From Antedon mediterranea (lineage: Eukaryota; Animalia; Echinodermata): a stretch of DNA of 64,000 nucleotides. The DNA is taken from assembly GCF_964355755.1 (NCBI RefSeq), contig NC_092678.1, positions 12,956,352 through 13,020,351 of the forward strand, given 5' to 3'. Below are positions 36,801-49,600 of the stretch, in pieces; position 1 is the stretch's first letter; each line of letters starts with the position of its first letter. The notes beneath the pieces are model-generated. The model was given only the letters and a program-made list of their open reading frames with translations, did no database searches and had not been told where the DNA came from. Both the position numbers and the translations under genes were made by a program.

Positions 36801-39800
36801 TAACATTTATGCTCACATCCATGACGGTATCAATAACTTAAGTTAACAGTAAAAAAAAATCAAATGGTTTACGATTAGCTAGAAAAATATATGATTTTAT
36901 TTACGATACTTTATCGTGATTTTTGGAAAGCGAAGAATATTCCACTGTGTTTAAATCGGCAAATTACAACATACATGTAATGCTTTTTGCGGATTTTAAG
37001 ATAAAGTTTAACAAATAATTACCTGGACAACCGTACAGTTCCATTCTTAAACTTGGCCATCCACGTGCCTTATATGGATAAATTCGAATGTATCGAGCAT
37101 TTACAGGAGAATTAAAAGAATTGATAACGACACTGTATTTATCAAAATTTCCCGGAAACCGCTACAAATAAGATGTACAGATATCAATTTTTGATGATCT
37201 ATTTTGTTTTCTCTTTTGTGGGGGCAGTCCACTATTATTGCACATATGAAAAACAATATGATAAAAGTTAGATAGATATCTGTCTATCTGTCTGAGAAAA
37301 TTTATATTACAGAGCTAAAACGATATAAAGATTGAAATTCAGTATTGAGATTCGGTATAATAATGATAAAATGATATATTGCACTATAGGCTAAGATTGT
37401 GGTTTGTGTAAATACTTTGATAAAATTGTATATTTTTACATTGATAAATAAAGACATTTCGAACATAATATTGCTTTAAAGGTTTACATAAATTATATGA
37501 TAAAATAAACTAATATACATTGCAAAGCTAAACCCAATTTTAAGCTACAATTACCTTTTTAATAATATTACGATAATTTAATAATTCATGGCTTTTATCT
37601 TGCTTGAATAAAATTGATAATAGTCAGACACTTGACTGCCTGTTACTGCCATATATCTAGTCTTGAAAATAAAAAAAATGCTAAGAGTAAAATTACTTAC
37701 TCCACCTTCTTCAGCAGTTATTTCCCAAAAAGTAGTTCCATTTGTGCTGTATTTGACCCTGTATTCCTCAACATATTTTTTTTTGGTATTTCCTTGAGTG
37801 GCGACTTTAGTTACTTTGGTAATGTTACCAAGATCAACTTGAATCCAATGATTTTTGGGATTACCTGTTGCAGATGCCCAACACGATCTACCATGAAGTC
37901 TTCCCTTATACGGTTGAAAGTAATTAAGAGAACTATCAGCCGTCATCTGATTATCAGAAATTGCACCACTCTCAATTCCCAGAGCTGTATTGCACGATTC
38001 TATGAGTAAAATCTTGCTTACCAATTCAATTCATTATCATTTAATATTATGTTTTAGCAATCAATCAATCAAAGAAAATATAGACTTGGGTTTTTATGGA
38101 ATAAACACTGCCAAATTTATTATTTGAACATTATTGTAAATATATATGTAAATGTATATAGTTCTGTTGAGTTTTCTCTATCTCTCATACGTGGTGTACC
38201 GAAAACTTCATAATAATCCACATATTTGAACCTTATTATGTAATTACCTGCACAGCTGTAAAGTTCTATTCTCAAACTTGGCCAATCAACCCAGGCTTTT
38301 AGATAAATACGAATATATTGAGCGTTTACAGGAGAGGAAAACGAATTAATAACAACACTGTTTTCATCAACATTTCCGATAAACATCTAGAATTTAGGAA
38401 ATAAACATATCATTATTATATTATTAAATTATGTAAGATTTTGCCGATTATTCATTAATTTTAATATTTATGAATATCGTCCCAATGATTGTTCCTTTGA
38501 GTTATTAGAGTGATGTTAGGCCAGAACCACCGGTAGATGGCGCTGTACATGACCAGAACTTTAACGGAACACACTGAATACTTTCGTAGAAAAAAATCAG
38601 GTAATGACTTAAATGCCCTAGATATGTATGTTGTAGCTATCATTTTGACATTGTATCACATGGAACGCCTTATAATGGTTTCAAGAAACGCAGAAAACGT
38701 ACGAAACAGTATATATCTGTGCCAACAAGTGAATTTTATAATTTTATTTAAAATACCTGTGACGTCACAAAGAACGTCATCTTCGGCATATATTCTGACG
38801 CAACGTCTTTGGAAGCATAGGGATGTTCGGAAATATCACCCAAACAAATTTAAAAATAATCATGCTGATTGGTGGATTAAAATAAATTTCTTTTAACAAT
38901 TTCAACAAATTTTCGAGTGGGGATTATTATTCAAAGTGATTTTTTTATTGGGGAGGTTTTGGGCGTTATTCAAATAAATACCATCCTAATAATTAATACA
39001 TTATTTAATTTAAACATCTTTTGAAACTAACTTCCGCGCCGTTTCTGCCCAAGAAGAAAGACGTTGTAGACGGCTTGCAACATGGGCAGACGTATCCTGG
39101 TCCTAACTGGACACAGATAGCCCACAGTTATCCCTGCCAGCTTACTCAATAAAACTCGGCTATCGGGATTCACTCGATTTTAAACAAAAGGTCTTATCAT
39201 CAGATCTCCCTATCTAATGTTATAATACTATTCCCCATAATATACTCCGATGCTTTATTGCGTATATTTAATTTTATCTTTATTAATTTGCAGTACCATT
39301 TAATTTTTCAACTACTATACCTTCACGCGCGCGGTTCGATCCCAAAGTAAACAAAAAAACTAAAATGGCTATAGCTACTAACGTCCAAATTAATAGAAAC
39401 CAGGATGTTGCAAGGTGAACCTGGAAATTACTTGGACCGCGTAAAATTGAATTTGAATTGAAAATCTACTGATGAAATCAGAAACTTGGTGTTAAACCCT
39501 TTATAATACCTTCCTAATAACTATGGAACAATATCGTAAAAGTGGAAAATAATGTTATCAAATCTACGTTTTGCGTTACATCTGAGATAGATAAGGTAGG
39601 TAACCAAGGCGGAGATTTGTCCCAAAGTTTTCCAATGTGCTCGCCTATGTCAGAATTAACCATAATTTATATATAGATACGAAGGATCAATAGTTTGGAA
39701 GTAATCAGTAATAGAATGTGGTGTTCGGTTGTGATAAATATCATAAACAAATTTAAGAAAATATAATTCATTTCATTTATAAATATCAAGAATTTTAAGT

Positions 39801-42800
39801 TTATAGAACAATGGCGGTATATGATCTCTGAAATGAGAAAAAGAAATACATCTGACAATCATTTTTTAAAGAAAATACGTTCCATATGTTAACATAGGAA
39901 ATATAAATGGGTTATAAAGTGTAACTAAATTATCTCTAAAAAATGCTTTAATTTAGATAGAAATCCAGCCTTTTTTCTAGCTCTTTTCACAAACATCATC
40001 AATGTGGAGTTTCCAAGATAAGTGTTTGTCAAAGTTAATTCTAACAAATTTAATAAATGAACTACCTTTAATTAAAACATTGTTAATAGTTGAATAACAT
40101 TGAATTCCAATAACTTAATTTTTAGAATGAAAAATCATATAATTAGTTGCAATTTTAAAGGAAGAAGGAAATATTGAAATGAGATATTTAATATATAGCA
40201 TAGAGGCAAATATATAAATGGTGTTGAAATTGAAATTAATTTTACGGGTAGATTATCATAAACTGTAGCTTTTTTCTTGACAAAAGAAGAAAGTAAATTA
40301 AAAACCTCAACTGGTGAAACAGTGAATTAATAGATGGTTGGACAAGAAAAGAAAAATTTATTAGGTCATCATTGCGAATATCTTTAGCTAACTCAGAACC
40401 GACATTAGTAAAGAAATGATTAAATTCATTAACAATTGCATTACCATCCATAACATTAACATCAACGTCCGGTTTAGAGACTGTGATTTTGTCTGGTAGT
40501 TTGGTTGGCGATATCAAGTACCGTAGGTTATTTACTATCTGCCATGTTTTTGTGGAATCGTTTTTGTTATTTGAAATTAAATCGTTATAAAAAATGTCTT
40601 TCAGCAGTTCTGAGTATTTTGGTTAAAGTATTTCTGTATCGATTATAATGCCAAAAAAAAAGAAGATTATTGTGTTGGCTACGTTTTGGGTAAATCCCAA
40701 AAATGGGTATGTCGGTAGAAAATTGTTTTTTTTTTTTCAGACCAAAAATGTGTTGGCGGGAAAAAAATAAACAATTTACACAAATGATACAAAAAGACTT
40801 TTACACATATTTCATAGCACCCTAGGCTCACGGACGCTAGCTATAAATATTGTTTCGAAAATAGTTTTAAAAAGGTTTATTAAACATCGGCCTAGCATTT
40901 TTAGGCATCCGGGCCTAGAGGGCTGCTAGGCCTAACTACCATTTTGAAAGCCAAAAACAATCAAGATCGAAATAAACTATTTCCGCGCTATATGCCACCT
41001 TACGCGAGTTAACATATGATATTATATCAGATCATAGAGATATTATGTTCACTATAATATCTCTATGATCAGATGAAAAATATTGAGTTTTATCTATACG
41101 TAATTACACTGGCATTAAAGATATAACATTAAAATGTTGGCCGTTATGGGCCATATTTCGCCGATTTCTTATCGCGGGAAAAATCCCACCACCAGAGACA
41201 TCGATCGATTGAGGCCTAGGCTAGAGGCATTATGTGCATGTCGGAACGGTTGGATTATCGCTATATAAATATTAACAAGTTTGAACAAAAGAGCTTACAA
41301 CAATCTTAGGTAAATTTTTATTAAAGGTATAGGCCTACTTGCTTTGCGAACAGTTCGAAATCGGATCGTGGTAGTAGTCATTATACAGTAAAACCTCGTG
41401 CGATGACAATGACAATGACAATGACAATGATTCTTTATTTCTTTATCGACCCTTTTTCAGGGTATGAAAGAACATTCTTTCAATCTTATACAGAAACAAA
41501 CTAAACACTTCCAGATATAAATATTTGGTCTTATACATAATTAATATATCGAAAAGCAACATCGCCTGAACAACCTCGTGCGATGTGCGATCTGTTGTTC
41601 TTTGCAGCAGATCAACATTAACTCTAGTAGTTCATGGGCTGTAGGGGTTACCATGCACCCCCTCCCCCTCCCACCAACAGGTAAACTTCTTCTGAAACAA
41701 AATGATGTTAACAAGAAAAATATAATAATAAAATAGTTCATTCTTATATTGCGTTCTACAAGCAAACTTCTCTACGCTGATTATTATTATTATTATTATT
41801 AACATTGTTACCCCAGTAATTTTTCGTATGGAAACATACTCCCATAATACAGGTAGTAATCAGAGCAAAGTTGTGTCTTGATCTAACCGGGTTCCCATTT
41901 ATACACCTGGGTGGAGAGGAAAACGTAAGTAAAGTATCTTGCCTAAGGATACAAGCAATGTGGCGAGAGTTAGATTCGAACCTCGGTCTCACGATCAGTA
42001 GTCCAACGTCCAACACCCTGCGCCACATGCCCTCACGTATATAGATATATTAAAAATTGTTAGTTACCGTGTAAATAATACAATACTAAGAAGAAAGGAA
42101 TAGTGTTGTGGGATCATGGACTAAAGATAAAAAAAAAATGAAGGTTTCAGGTGACAAGACTTATACTGATATCAAAGGGCGAGTTATATCATTTCAACGG
42201 TTTTTGAAAATGTTTGGAAAACAAAACTACTAATTAATTGTTTATCCTGATACGATGTAAAAATGTACATACCCCACCACCTTCAGCGTCAATAAAGTTA
42301 GTGCCATCGATGCCATATTTGATGCTGTATTTCGAGACTGAACCTCGACTACCTCCTTGAGTCGCCACTTGGGTTATATACGTTATGTTACCAAGATCTA
42401 CTTGAATCCATTGACTGACATTGGCGGTAGCGGGTGACCAAGACTTATTGCCATGTAGCCTTCCATGATGGGCTGAAACATTATCGTAGGAACTTGATGC
42501 ATTCATCTGGTTATCAGGGATGTCACCACTCTCAATTCCTAGATCCCTATCGCATGATTCTTTAAATAAAATAGTAACTTTATAAAGTCTTCATTCTCTT
42601 AGTCTCACAAAATATTTTTCATGATTAACATTTTTAATGTAAACATTATTGAAGTAATCAGATAATAGTGAAAATTTTCTATAAATAAATTTTAAAAAGA
42701 TCAGTCTTGTAAAAGGTTTTTTTTTTTTAAATAAAATTGCTATTCGTTCAGGTGAATTAAAACTAAAACCGCAAAAGTCGTATCGTCTTGGTAATAAATG

Positions 42801-43404
42801 CAATATTGAAACATAACTTTCTCCAATATTTTAAATTTAGGTCTATTAAGATGAGCATTGTTTGGCATTTTTCCTCTCCATATCAACAGTATGGAACATA
42901 CTTGTGGGTACAAACACAAACAGGCGTTATGAATAGCTAAAATCACTCAAAGCCAAGAATGTAAATGTCATATAAATTACTACTGAATGAAACTTAGGCC
43001 TACTGCTATTTCTTAAACTTTTAATTTAAATTAAATCTTTAATGGGTTATAATATGCCTATAATTTTACATTTAATTATAAAAATTCAGGTTAAATTTGA
43101 TTCAGATCTAAAAAGTTTGACTTTTCAATGGCTTAAACTATTAAGAGACACACAACAACATTTAAAGATAAATGTGAAGATAAAGATAAACCATAAAATA
43201 GCAAAATATATTTAAATATTTTCTAATTCATTTTGTTCTACAGGAAAATGTATATTTATAGTGGATCGTTATCGTCCTAATAACAAATGAAATTTTATTT
43301 TGTTTCAGCATTTATTAATCTAAAATATAACAGAAGGCCCTCATACCTTTACTCATATGCAGTATTATCCAAAGAAAAACACAGACAATTGTCCAACAAG
43401 CCAT
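15884..43404 (-). CDS. Secreted multidomain protein (~1135 aa): signal peptide, 2x F5/8 type C (discoidin) domains, unassigned beta-rich domains, C-type lectin domain, Cys-rich module, C-terminal domain ending in CC
   Basis: Phase-consistent GT-AG exons in transcript order: 43404-43347 (MACWTIVCVFLWIILHMSK), 42559-42273, 38386-38248, 37999-37701, 37161-37023, 36836-36682, 36423-36379 (uncertain), 34640-34572, 34214-34094, 33673-32998, 32594-32405, 32055-31854, 24201-23990, 21723-21510, 21242-21054, 20665-20513, 20235-20035, 15942-15884 (YDDSGLKYNNVVKIKTDCC*). Total 3408 nt, divisible by 3. FA58C motifs LGIESG.I.DNQM, WIQVDLG, VATQG, YIRIY, SLR.ELY.C. CTLD motifs CY..TWDAAKVAC..LVTI..EQQFL..YWIGL..FKWTDGS..C..W..C..AICE. 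Confidence 0.85.
16094..16592. repeat. 47-bp minisatellite, left arm (~10.6 units)
   Basis: Near-identical unit gaacatattgcacacaacgtctcacactgtacgaatcattacaactc, interrupted at 16593 by a transposon. Confidence 0.97.
16593..19038. mobile_element. Non-autonomous TIR DNA transposon (hAT-like termini, 5-bp TSD) inserted in the 47-bp minisatellite
   Basis: TIRs cagggccgtagccagg / cctggctacgggcctg (1 mismatch). CACTG duplicated at 16588-16592 and 19039-19043. The repeat register continues across the insertion. Confidence 0.9.
16997..18447 (-). mobile_element. hAT-derived deletion element (copy 1), 5-bp TSD, nested in the 16593-19038 element
   Basis: TIRs caggggcgcagccag / ctggctgcgcccctg. TSD ATATT (16992-16996, 18448-18452). 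Minus-strand remnant of a hAT C-terminal dimerisation domain (FPNVCALLLIA..PVT..L.LMNIH). Has a 111-bp internal tandem duplication (~17941-18162) absent from copy 2. Confidence 0.9.
19039..19672. repeat. 47-bp minisatellite, right arm (~13.5 units)
   Basis: Same unit as 16094-16592, resuming after the TSD. Confidence 0.97.
21800..23801 (+). mobile_element. 3' fragment of an LTR retrotransposon (internal 3' region, polypurine tract, 3' LTR)
   Basis: Purine tract gaaaaagaaggagacagaggga (~23205-23226) directly before TGTAATG (23227). The LTR ends CATAACA (23801) and contains AATAAA at ~23732. Residual ORF 21889-22311. No 5' LTR seen; left boundary approximate. Confidence 0.7.
24527..25683. repeat. 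61-bp tandem repeat (~19 units) with an internal imperfect palindrome
   Basis: Unit ttacgttaatttatcaatgttgatccaacgttgaaataacattgtatttttaactagaaat. The register shifts 1 nt per 60-nt line. Degenerate related sequence continues to ~25950. Confidence 0.95.
26409..29316. mobile_element. Non-autonomous TIR element whose right TIR is interrupted by the 27989-29304 insertion
   Basis: Left end cttgggcggatccagaggggg. Right end reconstructs to ctggatccgccccag once the insertion and one GATCC are removed. Subterminal gtgccc/gtgcca repeats. No clear TSD. Confidence 0.7.
27989..29304 (-). mobile_element. hAT-derived deletion element (copy 2), 5-bp TSD
   Basis: Highly similar to 16997-18447 with the same TIRs. 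TSD GATCC (27984-27988, 29305-29309). ORF 28663-28896 (PVTSEFFDLWRTKTCLGNHMSYEQLLGLCLMNIH) resembles a decayed hAT dimerisation domain. Confidence 0.9.
29541..30539. mobile_element. MITE with ~88-bp terminal inverted repeats (copy 1)
   Basis: cgccgtggttacgattccggcaccggaactc...gaagtaat at the left and its reverse complement attacctcgctc...ggaatccaaaccacggcg at the right. Second copy at 54550-55712. Confidence 0.85.
30236..30419. mobile_element. PIF/Harbinger-like MITE nested in the 29541-30539 MITE
   Basis: TIRs agcttggttcccactag / ctagtgggaaccacgct, flanked by TAA and TTA. The paralogous MITE copy has the empty site (gatccatcgttgTTAgtctg, ~55033-55052). Confidence 0.85.
31255..31384 (-). repeat. 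Dispersed repeat, possibly a Helitron 5' end (second copy ~39552-39678, short end fragment ~57727-57760)
   Basis: Shared tatcaaatctacgtt...gctcgcctatgtcagaattaaccataatttatatatagat. The minus strand begins A|TCTATATATA like Helitron 5' termini. No 3' hairpin/CTAG found. Confidence 0.5.
34580..35916 (-). repeat. 89-bp tandem array, 15 units, each made of intron 3' end (branch point, pyrimidine tract, AG) plus the first ~61 nt of coding exon 34640-34572
   Basis: Acceptor AGs (plus-strand ct) at 34641, 34730, 34819, 34908 ... 35887, exactly 89 bp apart. Only the unit nearest 34572 continues to the gtaagt donor. Confidence 0.95.
40242..40640 (-). mobile_element. Decayed CR1/L2-type LINE ORF2 fragment
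   Basis: Minus-strand translation ..DSTKTWQIVNNL..IVNEFNHFFTNVGSELAKDI, typical of the APE-RT linker; frameshifted. Confidence 0.65.
41780..42035 (-). mobile_element. tRNA-derived SINE with conserved core and (AAT)n tail
   Basis: Minus strand: A-box-like gtggcgcagggtg, B-box ggttcgaatc, core tgtatccttaggcaagatacttt..ctctccacccaggtgtataaatggg, then (aat)n. Degenerate copy at ~51516-51630. Confidence 0.8.
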
Positions 43405-43997
43405 TATGAAGTTATCAAAACAATCCGCAGTTAATCGACATTGTCCAATCCGTCGAAAAAAAAAAACCCGAATGCTTTACGTCTATAACAATTTCGCTTT
43501 GACACACGTAATGATTTGTGTCGATATTTTAACTTATAACAGTTATAGTGTTAAGTGTGAATAAGAAATGTCATATTCTTAATGAATTTTAATTATTATT
43601 CAAGGTTAAATGTGGCAATTGTATTATTAATAAATTAAATCAATATTAAATAAAAATAGATAATTTATTCAGAGTCACACAATTTCAATAAAACGATACT
43701 TTTAATTCATAACACACCCTATAATCATATTTCATAGTTTTTAATTTAATGCCATGTGGGAGTCAGAATAATACTTATATTGTACTATGTTGAATAATGA
43801 GTTGATGTTGTTTTGATATTTTCATGAAAGTATAATTATTTAAAAATAATTATACTTTCATGAGAGCGGCATTAAACTTGCTCATAAAACCAAAACGTGC
43901 AAGGTAATACAGAATTTTGTATTATCCATTGTCACAGGTTAAATGGATGGCAACCCTTTTCTTCTAATACGAATATTGACAATGTAATATTAGCTAA

Positions 43998-44125
43998 AGC
44001 TTGGTTTCCTCTAGAGACGCAATGCAAGGAGCGAGTTGACCAATGGCAAGCGATAGTTTGAATAACCCATTGCTTGTGATTGGTCAAATCACGTTGCATT
44101 ACGTCATTATGGCGCGTCTCTCTAT
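43998..44125. mobile_element. Degenerate copy of the Harbinger-like MITE family
   Basis: agcttggtttcctctagagacgcaatgcaagg..gaccaatg..gattggtcaa matches 30236-30419. Confidence 0.55.
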
Positions 44126-46027
44126 TAAGATTGATGTGTACGTGTGTCGTTACATCATAATAATTGGAATTTACCACGTATAGAAAATAAAAACCTTGTT
44201 TTTAAATTGTTATATATGTGGATAATTTTAAAATGCTTAAAACATTCTCTAAATTTGCTCTAAATTAATTAGAACAGTATTTCCTGAATTTATATTTTTT
44301 TTTAAAATGTTATTGTTTCTATATTTTATTCAGTTGACAACCAACAGCGATGAAACCGCCACTAACAGGTTGAATCTAAACATAATAAACTATAATAAAA
44401 CCAAATAAGCAACAACAACAAAGATTGGGATAGAGGTTTAACAATTTTCAATACATTTAAAATATCATAAAATAAATCAATATCCAAACAAGTAATAATC
44501 ACACTATTAAATTTGTTAGGTAACCGCTAATGCACATGAAAGAAGGTATAATACTTTTGTTAAATTTCATCGAAGATTGTAATTATTTATGATCAAAATT
44601 AGAATGTTGTAAATGTAAGACAAATAAGTTTCTCAGTGATTGGCGGTATAAATTTGCCACACAAAGAAATACATAGAAAAATAATGTTCATTATTATATT
44701 TATTTTCAAAGTTCATAGCATTCTTTACAGTAATGAGATTTTAAACGCGATACATACGAAATGTAATTATAATAATTGTTATATCCCACTACATAAATCC
44801 GAGTACAAATAAATTATTTAAATAATATATCTATAAAACAGATAATAAAGTGTTTATCTTAATAAGCAAGTTTTGTGAAATCCAAAGTTAAATGTCAAAT
44901 AAACAGAACAAAAATAATAATTAAAAAAAAACATTTTTAAAGTCACATATTATTTACTTTAACCAACAGTTGGATACTTGAAAACTTAAATTTAACAGTT
45001 TATTTTGTCTCTTTTTGTACTGAATATGTTTGGGATTTTTATTCTACGGAAGTGAATGCCATTTTGCAAAATGATCTATTCAGCCATTAATTTGATTAAT
45101 TTTCATGTTTTTGGGTGACATTGCATTTTTAAGTTTTGAGTACATTAATTCTTAAGGTTATACACTCTTTTATTGTTACAGTACTTTATGATATTCAAAT
45201 TGTACGCATTTACAGAGGAAAGGTTGGACTTGTCCAAAATTTGGAGTTTTTTCTTTTTTATATACTGTAGTTCACCAGTCGGCATTTCGATGTTACGAGC
45301 TCAAATAGGATACGTATAAGACGCCATATGTGCCAAAACATTGATCTTTTTACTAATAATAAGTCAAAACTCTGTCTAGAACCCAGACTAAGGAAAGATT
45401 AGCATACTGTAGTAAAACTAGTGCATTGAACTTATAAACATGAAAAGTAGATATACCTCCTGGTGACTTTCACGTTTTTGTTGGTCAATGCTATTAAATT
45501 ATATCATATATAAATAATGTTAAACCATGTTTATTCATGTAACAGTAACAAATATCATGAGTGAATATTGTATTGAACTGTATTACGCACTTTAAGATGC
45601 AAACAATAAAAAGACGTTTATTCGAATAAATACGGTACTTAAATACTGTGAAAAGGGTAATTAAGTAATGCAATCAAATGCTATCGCAGTTGCATGCCCA
45701 TAACAATTTTATAGACACATCGTTAACATTACGTTAAATTGTTAAAATTTATTAAAATTTGCTAAAAATACACAAATTAGAGACTGCTCGCTGCTTTGCT
45801 CCACTCAAGCAAATAATAACAGATATTTGGTGACAATTTCGTGCTGCAAATGATACTGTTTTTATCTTTTTGTGATTGTACTTTTTGTTGACATTTTGTT
45901 TTAATCACATAAACCTAAATAGTAAACAACTTAATAGTGATCTAGTTAATACATGTGACCTGAATATATAAACAAGATGGGCATTCCATGTAAACATGAA
46001 GAGCGATATTGCAGCCATTGCAAACTA

Positions 46028-46390
46028 ACCAAATATCGACAATCTAGTCATTACGTACATGTAACTGAATATCGACAACCTAGTCACTACATGTGACCAA
46101 ATATCGATAGTGACTACGTGTGGCCAAATGTCGCTAGTCACTACGGGTGACCAAATATCGCTAGTCGCTACATTTGACCAAATATCGCTACTCACTAAAA
46201 GTGACCAAATATCGCTAGTCACTACATGAGACTAAATATTGACATTTTAGTCATTAGATATAACCTGAGTGACATGTAACTTAAATACCAATCTAGTTAT
46301 TATATATGTGACAAAATATCAACAATCTAGTTTATGAAATGCGATTGAATATCAATGACCCAGTCATCATATGACACCAATTATCCACAA
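46028..46390. repeat. Degenerate ~27-33-bp tandem repeat downstream of the SerRS stop codon
   Basis: Recurring gaccaaatatcgctagtcactacatgt-like units. Confidence 0.75.
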
Positions 46391-46655
46391 TCTAAACCAA
46401 GTACACAGCCTACAACTGCTGTGATTTTCGGTCAACATTTTCTGTTCCACCTTTCGGTTGTGATCTAGTTTTTGACAGAAAGCAACATAATAACATTTAG
46501 GAAAGCAGGGTTAAACAAAATAAGGAATGTATTCTGTATTCTTTTTAATGTGATTGATTGACTTGAACCTTCGTTATTTGTTTACTTTACAATGGACATG
46601 GTTAGTTCAGTGTGTTAATGAAGTATTTGGCCAATAAACATCTTTTTTAATATTG

Positions 46656-49600
46656 TTATTCTAGTTTCATGTCTTCAACCTTGGCAGAGACATCTTCTGT
46701 TTTTCCTTTTTTCTTTCCTCCTTCTTTTTGTTTCTTCTGTTTCTTTCCTTGTTGTTCTTCAATTGGTGCTGGTTTAGTGAATTTAATTAATTCTTTCAAG
46801 CCTGCAATGAACACAACATATACATGAGCTACATATACAGTATTTATTATTATTATTACATATACAGTATTTTTATACAAACAAGGCCATATAGATGGCT
46901 GCTGTCGTGTGCTCATTAGTGTTTACCGACCGACCGACCAACCTACCAACTGACCGAAATTACTGAACATGTTTAAAAATGTTGAAATGTTTAAAAACAT
47001 TTATATTTTTTTAATTTACACGTGCGTAGCCTGTCACTTTTGACGTGCTCGTATAATATAATTTTGAGTTGAAAAGTAAGTCAAGAAAACAGAAATCGGG
47101 CAAAAAGAGTGCGCACGCAAAAATCTCCGCACTCATGGCAATTTTGTAAACGCTTAAAATTGCCTGAAACGTACTCTTATTTCATAGAAAATAAATTTTG
47201 AAAATTTTAAGCGCGAGTACGCATGCGTTACATGCGCTACGCACGTAATTGTATTTCCATATGATGATTTATGCCCTGAAATTTATGAGTACCAAATTTT
47301 ATTTAATTAATAAATTTTGAAAATTTTATGCGCGCGTACGCATGCGTTACATGCGCTACGCATGTAATTGTATTGCCATATGATGATTTATGCCCTGAAA
47401 TTTATGAATACCAAATTTTATTTAATTGTGATTCATGGTTGTGAAGATATGATTACAAACGTGATTTCGTTAAATCGTGCATAGACCGCATAATTTTTTA
47501 TTGCACACCGTGAAAACATAACCACATCGATTCCTGGCCATAAGGAATATACTGTGAAAAATTGAATTAGCTAGTTATAGTGACATAGTGAACTATAGAG
47601 TCGCGTCCATGCGGCTAAAAACAAATTATCTTAGTTTCACACATAAAAGCTCTTGAAGAATAACAAGCAGTACACTCTACAAAGTGCTGAATTCAAACTA
47701 AATGATTAATCATCTTAACCATACATGGCTAATCAACACCTCAACATATGCAAACAAAAAGTCTTTAGATGGTTTGTTTTTATTTTACTTAAACAAAATT
47801 AATTTTTGACTTACCTTCAGGCATAAATGGTCTTAGAACTTCAGGAACAACAATGCCCTCTTCAGTTTGATTATTTTCAAGTATACAGCAGATGACACGT
47901 GTGGTAGCGCACATTGTAGCATTTAACATGTGCACATACTCAGCCTGTTACCCAGGTATATAAAAAACAACAATTCAAATTTAAAATTGTGATAAACACC
48001 CCTCTGGTATAATGGACAGGTCAGCTATTTTGCATATGTCTATTAGTTTACATGCAGCTGTGTCTAGAGCTTTTTAAAATATACCAGCCACCAGAGATTA
48101 TTTCTTTTCTTTAAACTAACAAAAAGTAGTGGTATTGGTCAACATATTTTTTGAAATAAAGACTTTTTTTGTATTTGTTGTGTTATTTTATGTCTTATCT
48201 GAAAAAACAACCTACTCATGTAATAAACCCGTAAAACACCCAAACATTTATTAGCTGTTTAGATAATTTGTAACATAGAATATTTTAAATAGCACATACT
48301 ACAATGCTTATCTTATTATGACTGACAAATGTATATTTTTTTCTAATAATGATACAAATTATTAAGAGTTTGTTGATAAATATTGTTACATCTGGTACAT
48401 CATATTGGTGAGAATACAATATAGCACAGTTGCTTACCATGCTAGTTGTGGATTATTACTGTACCAAGACAACTCATAGCAAATAACAATGATTTGTATT
48501 CAGTACAAGATATGATGTAAGCAAAAGCACATTGTAACTCTGATTTACCTGTGTATTCATTTTTTTAACCTGTCCATATCGTACTAGGAGTCTTCTTGAT
48601 TGGTAGTCGGTACAATTTGAGCATGACACTAATTCTCGGAAAGCGCCACCACCTGGAAACCATGCTTCTACGTCCAATTTTTTTGATGCTGCATTATTAA
48701 GAGCGCCTGTTAAATAAATTAGATAAACTGTAAATTAAAAAATTAGATGATTGTTTGAGGCTACTTTGCATCAATTCAAATAGATTCCAAATCCAACTCT
48801 ACAGCAACTTGTGGTGGTCTACGGTCTTGAATACCGCTACCGCATGGTATTTTATACTGTTAGAACCAAAATAAGGCCAAAAATCACAATAATGACAAGC
48901 AAGGTTTCCACAACAATTTTCTTTTTACAGCAGCCATCTTTACAGTATATCAGGTGCTGTATATTACAACCTCTGACTAGACCCACTACCAATAACAAAT
49001 TTCCTCACACAAATGGAACATTTTCTTGTTACTGTAATAACTAGCAACTGTCATGTACTGTGTAAATATATTACAGTACTTTCAAACTTCCAGAAACAGT
49101 AATATAATAGATTCTAGTATAAAACAGTATCTTTAGATTCGATACACATCATATAGTTAAGGCTCAGAGTACTCTCATAACCAATTCTCTGATTCCTTTC
49201 CTCACCAGAAGCTTCACATGACTCCACCATACTAAGCAATCACACTCCAGATACAACCAACACCAGACTCCGAAGTTACATTTACACACCACTAGACACT
49301 AGGTACAGCATCACCTCTACATCATCCTTCAACCACCAACACCACTACCAAGTGTCTTACCTGACACAATATTGACCACACGGTATGGCAGTCCAAGCGA
49401 TTGGCAGAACTCCTCAGCGTTGGCAATCATCATATCAAACATTTCCCAGGATTTATTGTCATGAGGAGAAGTAATGCAGAATTGCTCCACCTTAAAAACA
49501 AAACGAATAAAACTAAGAATGGATGCGTTATTCACTGTGTTGGGGGTTTTTGTGGACAGATTCAATCATTGTTCCAATTATAGTACTAAAAGTATTAAAA

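Noticed and set aside
40645-41400. Possible Kolobok-like or other DNA-transposon fragment
   Set aside because: Repeat-like composition, but no matching second terminus or TSD could be identified.
41960-42035. tRNA-like sequence with A/B boxes (also ~61985-62060)
   Set aside because: No complete cloverleaf; continues into a SINE core and simple-repeat tail.
42903-42943. Possible extra exon (IHNACLCLYPQ|gtatgt) between the signal-peptide exon and the first discoidin exon
   Set aside because: Ends in phase 0 whereas exon 42559 needs phase 1; the 43347 donor joins 42559 directly in frame.
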